The notes under the pieces: model-generated
Database searches by the model: none
The model's input: only the letters and a program-made list of their open reading frames with translations
Told to the model about the DNA's origin: nothing
Position numbers and translations under genes: made by a program
In this document: one piece after another, positions 57,672 to 64,000 of the stretch
Layout: each line of letters begins with the position of its first letter
Numbering within the stretch: position 1 is the first letter of the stretch
DNA from: Acinetobacter phage VB_ApiP_XC38
DNA length: 64,000 nucleotides
Sequence record: MN508356.1
Direction: 5' to 3' (one strand)

Positions 57672-58198
57672 TACATTGCTACTCCAATCATGCGGCGCAT
57701 ATCAAACATTCCAAAGTGTTGTTCGTATATACGATTAAACTCTTCAACATCTGACATAAGCATTTCTGGTTTACTTGGTAATTGGAAGAACTGAGCTTCT
57801 TGAATGGAAGGGTGTAACACTTCAGGTAGAAGCTGTAATAGATCTTCCTGATACTTTGCGATACGGATTGCGTGTGCAACCATATTCTGAAGAATACGCT
57901 TCTCTTCAGTAACTTCTTCTACAAACATTGCAAAGCTTGGTTGGAACTCAGGTACGAGAGTTTCGTGTAATGGTTTAACACCACCACGTAGAGGAACATC
58001 CTCATCCATAAAGTAATGAATACCTTTGTACTTAAACTGCATTATACCATTGTGGTAGGCTTCAGCTTGACGCTTACAAAACTGAGCTACAATACGCTTC
58101 CATGCTCCGTTTGCAGATTCAAATAGATCTCTATGCATCTGTCTAAGTAAACGCGCATTAGAGTCCATTACCTGCTTACGGGCTAAATAATCAGACAT
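57671..58198 (-). CDS. hypothetical protein
   Basis: 175-aa ORF coupled between the helicase and HNH genes. Confidence 0.45.
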   Translation of the reverse strand: MSDYLARKQVMDSNARLLRQMHRDLFESANGAWKRIVAQFCKRQAEAYHNGIMQFKYKGIHYFMDEDVPLRGGVKPLHETLVPEFQPSFAMFVEEVTEEKRILQNMVAHAIRIAKYQEDLLQLLPEVLHPSIQEAQFFQLPSKPEMLMSDVEEFNRIYEQHFGMFDMRRMIGVAM

Positions 58199-59436
58199 TA
58201 GATATCTCCTGTAAATACAACACGGTCACGTGCACGACTTGCAGCTACATAAAGTAAGCGATGCTTAAGAGAGGTTTCTCTACAGCGACCAATATTATTA
58301 AGGTCAACAAACACAGTATCGTAAGTACTGCCTTGTGCTTTATTAACCGTAGCACCGTAAGGATGACGGATGTCAGCGTAGCGCTTCTCAAGTACTTCTA
58401 CTTTGTTAAAGTCCTTATTTGCATAAGCTTCTTTGGTAGCTGCATCTACTTCCTCAAATGAGTAAGGCTGAATAAGTACATGGTTGTTCTGGTTAGTTAT
58501 ATTTCTACAAGCAATACCATACCCATCTTTGTACCAATGGCCTATATCCATTACTGTCATAGTTGCATCAGCAGCATATTTGAAGTTATCTCCTGTTCTG
58601 CTTCCGCGTCTGTAAGTCTTAGCTAGGATTACAGTGTCACCTTCTTGGATGTCACCAGATCCATTGAGTATCTGGCTTACGTACTGGTTATAGTAATCAG
58701 CACGATCATTAGTCCAAGCAAGTACACGGCAATTGAGAGACTGAGAGAACGTATTACTAATTTCTGCTAAGAAGTCTTCTTGGTTTAAGTGGAGAATATT
58801 AACACCATCTACACCTGCCTTCGGCATTGCCCCACCAGTACGCACCAATTCTCGTAGATTGCGAGATAGGACTTGAATAGGGGAATTATGCCCCTGACGT
58901 TTAATCTCCTTCATAACGACTGTTTGAAAGCCTTTATTGAATAAGGGGGATTCTGTATAGCCTACTGGAGGTAATTGGTAGGGATCACCCATAAGAATAA
59001 ACTTACAGTTACGAGTCTTAGTTTTGATCGCTACCCATAGCTCTTCAGATACAAACGATACTTCATCAATGATGATAATAGAGTCTTCAATAGCTACACC
59101 TGGCTCATACTGAATCTGAGACTGCTTAAAACCAATAGAACGAACTCGAATACCTAACAATGAATTGATGGTAGTAACTTCTCGTCCTGTGGCTTGTGAG
59201 AGCGCATCAGCTGCTTTGTTTGTGGTAGCAGTAAGATAGATAGGTTGATCTTCAAAAGCACCTGCAGTGAGAGCTACAGTAGTCTTCCACTCAATCATGA
59301 ATGTATTAATCAGAGTGGTCTTGCCTGTCCCGGCCCCACCTTCAATTACTAGATACTTTTGAGAAGGGTCTGTAATTAGTTTAACAATAGCTGCGTATGC
59401 AGCTTCTTGACACTTTGTCAGTGTTATTGCTGTCAT
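58198..59436 (-). CDS. SF1 DNA helicase (Dda/RecD-like)
   Basis: Walker A 'GGAGTGKTT', Walker B 'IIIDEVSFV', motif III 'ILMGDPYQLPPV', motif V/VI 'ATVNKAQGSTYDTVFV' and 'VAASRARD'. Confidence 0.85.
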   Translation of the reverse strand: MTAITLTKCQEAAYAAIVKLITDPSQKYLVIEGGAGTGKTTLINTFMIEWKTTVALTAGAFEDQPIYLTATTNKAADALSQATGREVTTINSLLGIRVRSIGFKQSQIQYEPGVAIEDSIIIIDEVSFVSEELWVAIKTKTRNCKFILMGDPYQLPPVGYTESPLFNKGFQTVVMKEIKRQGHNSPIQVLSRNLRELVRTGGAMPKAGVDGVNILHLNQEDFLAEISNTFSQSLNCRVLAWTNDRADYYNQYVSQILNGSGDIQEGDTVILAKTYRRGSRTGDNFKYAADATMTVMDIGHWYKDGYGIACRNITNQNNHVLIQPYSFEEVDAATKEAYANKDFNKVEVLEKRYADIRHPYGATVNKAQGSTYDTVFVDLNNIGRCRETSLKHRLLYVAASRARDRVVFTGDI

Positions 59437-59489
59437 GGTTTTTCCTAATAAAAATAGCTAGACCGAAGCCTAGCTATGCAGACCTAAGC

Positions 59490-60716
59490 CTAGTTGTTGA
59501 AGTGGATTGCTGTACCGAATAAAGGTTTGAATCCAGGGTTGTCGTAGATACACCAGATCACAGGTTTCTTAGGATCTAGTCTAATGTCTTGATGTAAGTA
59601 ACCATCAGTAAGAATGATTAAAGCTTTAGACTTTTGGTCATCCTTGAATACTTCAAGTACTGGATCAATATTAGTACCACCACCACCTTTGAACTCTAAC
59701 TGCATAAAGTCACGTACAGAACAGCATTGATCGTTACCTTGTAACTGATGGTCAAACTGCATTACGTTAATCTCTTTAGGCTGAAAGTTCTTAAATACAT
59801 AAGCGATTTCAGACATGAAGCGGTTAAAGTCAGATACAGATACTGAACCAGAAGTATCAATAGCAAAGCTGATACGTCCAATACCTTCACTGTATAGTGA
59901 TGGCATTACAATATTCTGACTGATGAAGCGGCGGTTAGGTTTACGCCATGAGTAATCATTCTTGTTAATACTGAACAAGAACTTAGCAAGGATCTTAGTC
60001 CAAGGTAACTTAGGATTAAGTAAGTCCTCTAGATGACGCTCTAACTCGCCAGGGATTGTACCTGGTTTATCACCACTCATCTGTGAAATCTGAGTAGCTG
60101 AAGCAAGTAAATCCTTGTTGTGCTCTTCTGCTTGTGCAGCGGTAGGTTTAGGGATACCACCGATACCGTTACCACCGTTACCTTGGTTTCCGTCTCCATC
60201 ACCATCCTGTCCTGGATCTTGTAGATCAGGCCATGGGTTAGAAGGGCCAGTACCCTTACCTTCATCTTGCTTCTGCATTAGATCTGCGTAGATCTCATCT
60301 GCAGACATGTCACGATAGTCTACGTTGTGTAAACCACCTTTAGGCATCTTGAAGTTACGCTTAATCAACTCATCGTTAATTACATAGTCACCTGCTTTGT
60401 TCCACAGTTCATGATCACGGAATCCTTTACGAATGCCATGGTCATATACGTTATGCATGATTTCATGTAGCAGCAAGAAAATCTTCTCTTCGTTATCTAG
60501 ACTCATGAAGAAGTCTGGATTGAAGAATAGATTGATACCATCTGTAGCAGCTGTAGGTACTTCATCTGCAGTAACCCAGTGAACAGGAGACTGTAGGATA
60601 AGAGTTGAGAAGAACGCACAGTCCTTCTTCAACATTAATTTCACTTTGGCTTTAGATAAAGATTCAACTGCAGCCTGTGGTGGCGGATTAATTAGTGCCA
60701 TTTGGTTTAACTCCAA
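59490..60716 (-). CDS. VWA-domain protein with N-terminal HExxH metallopeptidase-like motif (N4 gp25-like)
   Basis: MIDAS 'ISFAIDTSGSVS'. 'LLLHEIMHNVYDHG' (HExxH). Gly/Asp/Asn-rich linker 'GQDGDGDGNQGNGGNG'. Confidence 0.65.
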   Translation of the reverse strand: MELNQMALINPPPQAAVESLSKAKVKLMLKKDCAFFSTLILQSPVHWVTADEVPTAATDGINLFFNPDFFMSLDNEEKIFLLLHEIMHNVYDHGIRKGFRDHELWNKAGDYVINDELIKRNFKMPKGGLHNVDYRDMSADEIYADLMQKQDEGKGTGPSNPWPDLQDPGQDGDGDGNQGNGGNGIGGIPKPTAAQAEEHNKDLLASATQISQMSGDKPGTIPGELERHLEDLLNPKLPWTKILAKFLFSINKNDYSWRKPNRRFISQNIVMPSLYSEGIGRISFAIDTSGSVSVSDFNRFMSEIAYVFKNFQPKEINVMQFDHQLQGNDQCCSVRDFMQLEFKGGGGTNIDPVLEVFKDDQKSKALIILTDGYLHQDIRLDPKKPVIWCIYDNPGFKPLFGTAIHFNN

Positions 60717-61095
60717 TAGTGTGTAACAGCCAGTTGGCTGCAGAGATTTCTTCGAGTTCCTTAACCTTTTTCTTGGTTATTCTTGGAATACCCTTACGCT
60801 TTCCATCCTTCTTGTATTGAACAAGTTGGTTTGGTTTATCAATTGTTGGGAAATTATACGCAAAGTAGGAATAATCCTCTGTGAGTTCATATTCCCAAAT
60901 AAAAGCTACTCCTATATCAGCAGCTACTTGTAGAAAGTCCGGGTAGATGTCTGAGTTCCAGATCATGTACTCATTCCAATAGGAGCAATCTTCATCCATG
61001 TTGTTGTATCCGATACACAGATAATTAAGTAGGTTATGATGGGGTGTCCATAAGTGGCCTATATCAGCCTGACATATTGTTTCAAAGTTACTCAT
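60688..61095 (-). CDS. hypothetical protein (start reassigned to ATG at 61095)
   Basis: Track start is TTG. AGGAA sits 6 nt before the ATG (MSNFETI...). Confidence 0.4.
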   Translation of the reverse strand: MSNFETICQADIGHLWTPHHNLLNYLCIGYNNMDEDCSYWNEYMIWNSDIYPDFLQVAADIGVAFIWEYELTEDYSYFAYNFPTIDKPNQLVQYKKDGKRKGIPRITKKKVKELEEISAANWLLHTIGVKPNGTN

Positions 61096-61103
61096 ATAAT
61101 TTC

Positions 61104-61135
61104 CTAACAAAAAATAGGGACTCCGTAGAGTCCCT
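61104..61135 (-). terminator. − strand rho-independent terminator after the AAA+ gene
   Basis: − strand reads 'gggactc-tacg-gagtccc' then ATTTTTTGTT. Confidence 0.55.
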
Positions 61136-61142
61136 TGTTTAC

Positions 61143-62189
61143 TTAATCAGACATTAAGTGTTTTGCGTTCTTAGTTAACCAAGCACGTACATCTGCATTA
61201 GTTACTAACATAGGATCACGGCGTGTAAAGTCAGTGAACGTACGTAACTGGAACTCAGCAGGCATACGAGCAATGAACTTCATTACTTGAGATACAGAAT
61301 CAAGTTTAGTTTGAGCACCAATAGAGCCTGACAATGCAAACAATGTAGACATTTCTTTTGGTACATCAATGTTTTCTGGATCTTTAATAATGTCTGCATA
61401 AGTAGGCAAGTTAGTAAAGTTCTTACAGAAGTTCATGAAGTTGGTTGCTACACCATCAGAGATTGCACCAGAAACTAAGTCTTTAAGCATCTTAGAGTTC
61501 ATGCCTGTAGTCTTAACGATACTATCTACCATTCCCCAAGTACGAGGACATGGGAATGTATCAGCATCACTGGTAGCATCAAAGCGATGTAAATCATCTG
61601 GTTTGAACTTAATGTATGAAGTGATTTCATGACATACACCAGTAGATAATGCCCAGTCTAACCATGCATCAACAGATACTTGAATGTTGATATGTGCCAT
61701 ACGTGATTTCAATGCTGTAGACATCTCACCAGTAACAGCAGCACCATCATCAATTAAGTTACCTGCAGATACGATACGTACCTTTTCATGGATTGGGTTC
61801 TGACCTACTTGACGATCAAGAACTAACTGATAAGCAGCTGCTTGTACAGCCATAGGAGCGTTAGTGATTTCGTCTAAGAACAGCAACCAACCTTCATAAC
61901 CATCAGGTACTTCATCAGTAGATAATGGGAATGCTTCGTTAGGCATATAGCGACTGCGATTGTCAGAGATGAACGGAATACCAGATAAGTCTGTTGGATC
62001 ACAAGTAGACAAACGGAAGTCAATAACTTTAAGTTTTAACTTGTCTGCTACTGTACGAATGATGTCAGATTTACCAATACCTGGAGAACCAAGTAGGTTT
62101 ACAGGAATATCCGCTTTTACATATTCAACAATTAATTGAGCTGCTTTATCGATTGTTACTTTCATTTTGCTTATCCTTTTCCACAACAA
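61143..62189 (-). CDS. MoxR-type AAA+ ATPase (N4 gp24-like)
   Basis: Walker A 'LLGSPGIGKSDI'. MoxR-style Walker B 'LLFLDEITNAPMAVQAAAYQLVLDRQV'. 348 aa. Confidence 0.65.
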   Translation of the reverse strand: MLWKRISKMKVTIDKAAQLIVEYVKADIPVNLLGSPGIGKSDIIRTVADKLKLKVIDFRLSTCDPTDLSGIPFISDNRSRYMPNEAFPLSTDEVPDGYEGWLLFLDEITNAPMAVQAAAYQLVLDRQVGQNPIHEKVRIVSAGNLIDDGAAVTGEMSTALKSRMAHINIQVSVDAWLDWALSTGVCHEITSYIKFKPDDLHRFDATSDADTFPCPRTWGMVDSIVKTTGMNSKMLKDLVSGAISDGVATNFMNFCKNFTNLPTYADIIKDPENIDVPKEMSTLFALSGSIGAQTKLDSVSQVMKFIARMPAEFQLRTFTDFTRRDPMLVTNADVRAWLTKNAKHLMSD

Positions 62190-62358
62190 ATGTGTTGTGA
62201 TAATTCATGATTAGACCTTTAAGGTCGTTAACGTCTGTGATTGGAAGTTGACTCTTGATTAGTTCCCAAGAGTCATCTAATGAATCTGATACTGTGTATA
62301 GAGGTACAAATTCTGGTTTGATCTTACTTGGCATTACTACCTTTTCTTGCCTTAACAA
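62146..62358 (-). CDS. hypothetical small protein
   Basis: 70-aa ORF overlapping neighbours on both sides. Confidence 0.35.
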   Translation of the reverse strand: MLRQEKVVMPSKIKPEFVPLYTVSDSLDDSWELIKSQLPITDVNDLKGLIMNYHNTFVVEKDKQNESNNR

Positions 62359-62611
62359 CGAAGTTCTGCAACTTCTTCAAAGTGTTAAGACCTTGAGCTT
62401 CCAAGAAGTTGATCATTGATTCGTGAGTAGGTGACATGTGGCCTTTTAATTTAACTAAGCCTTCGTCTGCCAATGCACGGCGAATTGTGATCTCTGCTAC
62501 GTTAAAACGTAATGCTAACTCACGTTGAGTCATACGTTCTTTTTTAGGTAGCTTCCATTCAGCAACAACAAGTTTGATTTCAGCAGGTGTAAGAGATTTT
62601 TTAACTTTCAT
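62324..62611 (-). CDS. small helix-turn-helix DNA-binding protein (putative early transcription regulator)
   Basis: 'MTQRELALRFNVAEITIRRALADEG' is a classic HTH. 95 aa, AGGAA RBS. Confidence 0.55.
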   Translation of the reverse strand: MKVKKSLTPAEIKLVVAEWKLPKKERMTQRELALRFNVAEITIRRALADEGLVKLKGHMSPTHESMINFLEAQGLNTLKKLQNFVVKARKGSNAK

Positions 62612-62714
62612 GGTTTCATTCCTATGAGAATTGATTTAGGTAAGTTGCCTTACCTAAAGCAACTTTGTTTATCGCAGTTGGAGAACCCAACCACAAAGGG
62701 GCACGTAGTGCCCA

Positions 62715-63050
62715 TTAATCTAAATTAATAATAGTACAGTCTGAGATCTTAACTAAGGATCTACTCCATATACCAAGACCCATCTGTTCTGAGTCTCCTA
62801 ATTCTGGGATAGCCTTCGTATAGTTACCTAACTCAAATACTTGAAGACCTGCAACACCATCATCATGACTACGTAGAGGTGAGTGCCAGTACAAGTTGTC
62901 TTTTTTAGGCTCTGTATAGTAAGCCTATACAGTACCGTCTACATCCATTGCTATGTATCCATTTTCTAAGAACTCTGTAGGTACACTTATAGCTATACCT
63001 AAGTAGTTAATTACAGTTACCTTGGCTGCCCAAGCTACGAATAGTGACAT
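62715..63050 (-). pseudogene. gene with strong start interrupted by a single in-frame TAG after codon 41 (amber mutant, readthrough gene or sequencing error)
   Basis: AGGAG RBS plus ATG at 63050. 41 codons, then TAG (62925-62927), then 69 further in-frame sense codons with no internal start until Met ~48. The TAG sits in the hairpin 62912-62932. Confidence 0.45.
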
Positions 63051-63061
63051 GATTACTCCTA

Positions 63062-63104
63062 AATAAAAAAAGCCCTATATACCAACGGAGAGATATATAG
63101 GGCT
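63062..63104 (-). terminator. − strand rho-independent terminator (11-bp stem)
   Basis: + strand: AAAAAAAAA 'agccctatata-ccaacggagaga-tatatagggct'. On the − strand the hairpin is followed by the T-run. Confidence 0.6.
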
Positions 63105-63716
63105 ATAAATGGAGAGCATGCTCTCCGGGGGAAACTGGGTGATCCGTATCGACACAGTGGATCATTCTGCCTTTAAGTACGAGCACTCGTCTGACTTGTT
63201 ACACGCTCTATTACATGGCCAACGAAAATAAACCAGTAAGGAAGATCGTACCCGGAGGTATGACTGTATGGATACAGTCGGGTATATGCCACAAGCTAGG
63301 GCCATGAATCACATTCACTAAAGAACGTGTTACCCCTAGAGCCGGGGTCGGGCTATATTGCTCTCATTGGTGATGTGAATACCAGAGATTGCGAGTCTCT
63401 GTAAGTTTTAAGCCGAAGTCTATAACTCTCGTACTCTATGGGATTAACTGTATTAAAGCCCTTATTCAGTGTGTGTATTTCCAAAGTCTGACAGGCTGTG
63501 TCAAAGTCTTCCATACACGGTTCTGGTTCGCATATTCACATCCCAATGAGAACTTAACACGGATGTACTCTAGCACCAGGCTGAAGCATTGATCCATGTG
63601 ATTCTCATTGACCTATTTAAACCATAGGTGGTTGCATGAGCAAGGGAAGTGAGTATCTAGAATCTCTTACCATATCCGCAAACAGCGTACAGGGGCTGCA
63701 GACCTCCTGTTACTGA

Positions 63717-63998
63717 TCATCCTCTTGGCTTGCTCAATTCTTTAATGCCTTCATTGTAGGCATCCTTAATGATAGCTGCAAGGTATTCCTCACGAGCTTC
63801 TTTAGGTACTAATTTGATTGCTTCAAACACATCCTGTGGGATGGTTATAGCACGTTTAAAGTGCATGTTGTTTCTGCTCTCAGCATAGAACTCTACAATA
63901 GTTCCATCTGAAAGAGCTAATACAGATATCATGGTATATCTAGGAGTGCCTAAGTGATTGTACGTAGTGAAATAGAACTTATCTATATCTATAGACAA
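63717..63998 (-). CDS. hypothetical protein (may be truncated by window end)
   Basis: 93-aa ORF at the right edge. Confidence 0.35.
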   Translation of the reverse strand: MSIDIDKFYFTTYNHLGTPRYTMISVLALSDGTIVEFYAESRNNMHFKRAITIPQDVFEAIKLVPKEAREEYLAAIIKDAYNEGIKELSKPRG

Positions 63999-64000
63999 CT

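Noticed and set aside
61104-61135. The 'ctACGGAGTccc' terminator hairpin as another member of the ACGGAGT-tip hairpin family.
   Set aside because: The 7-mer lies within the stem, not at the loop. Its position relative to the T-run fits an ordinary − strand terminator.
63050-63716. tRNA genes, for example an amber suppressor, in the long noncoding region next to the TAG-interrupted gene.
   Set aside because: No GTTCRANYC T-loop or its complement (GRNTYGAAC) and no cloverleaf-like arrangement found on either strand by eye. A proper tRNAscan is still advisable.
63105-63716. Group I or II intron in the structured noncoding region.
   Set aside because: No flanking gene halves that would be rejoined. 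No recognisable conserved intron core elements by eye.
1-64000. CRISPR arrays, rRNA, integrase/attachment sites, transposases.
   Set aside because: No regularly spaced direct repeats with unique spacers. No rRNA-like conserved stretches. No integrase or transposase-like ORFs. The genome reads as a strictly lytic phage.

Overview
This 64 kb window looks like most of an N4-like (Schitoviridae-type) podophage genome, shown in the reverse of the usual N4 orientation. The sequence is AT-rich with AGGA-type ribosome binding sites and shows no host genes, rRNA or CRISPR. I could not support any tRNA.

On the + strand from the left there is a packaging and virion module. It runs: possible small terminase, large terminase, portal, scaffold-like protein, major capsid protein, a repeat-rich protein, a membrane-helix-rich virion protein, a virion lytic transglycosylase, and a 3323-aa virion RNA polymerase carrying T7-like motifs A/B/C. 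Each operon ends in a rho-independent terminator.

The rest of the window is mostly − strand replication and nucleotide-metabolism genes. These include a RuvC-like nuclease, an SSB candidate, a RecA-like ATPase, a primase-like protein, a PD-(D/E)XK nuclease, NrdA/NrdB, ThyX, a Nudix hydrolase, a nucleotide kinase, a family A DNA polymerase, an SF1 helicase, and a MoxR-type AAA+ ATPase paired with a VWA protein. Three paralogous HNH-AP2 homing endonucleases are scattered among them.

A + strand island (39.1–49.8 kb) sits inside this block. It holds a 2479-aa modular fibre and the lysis genes: a muramidase endolysin followed by an embedded i-spanin/o-spanin pair.

The features I would look at first:
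- the giant fibre built from five or more repeated CBM-like modules;
- a family of + strand hairpins with a conserved GGA-loop tip, placed where N4-type hairpin promoters for leftward transcription would sit;
- a well-initiated gene cut by an in-frame TAG that lies inside a hairpin;
- a 600-nt structured noncoding region that may encode a small RNA;
- a reverse-strand micro-island and a tandem paralog pair next to the polymerase;
- repeat arrays at the left end.

All protein calls rest on motifs read from the supplied translations, on gene order, and on recalled family knowledge. No database searches were run.
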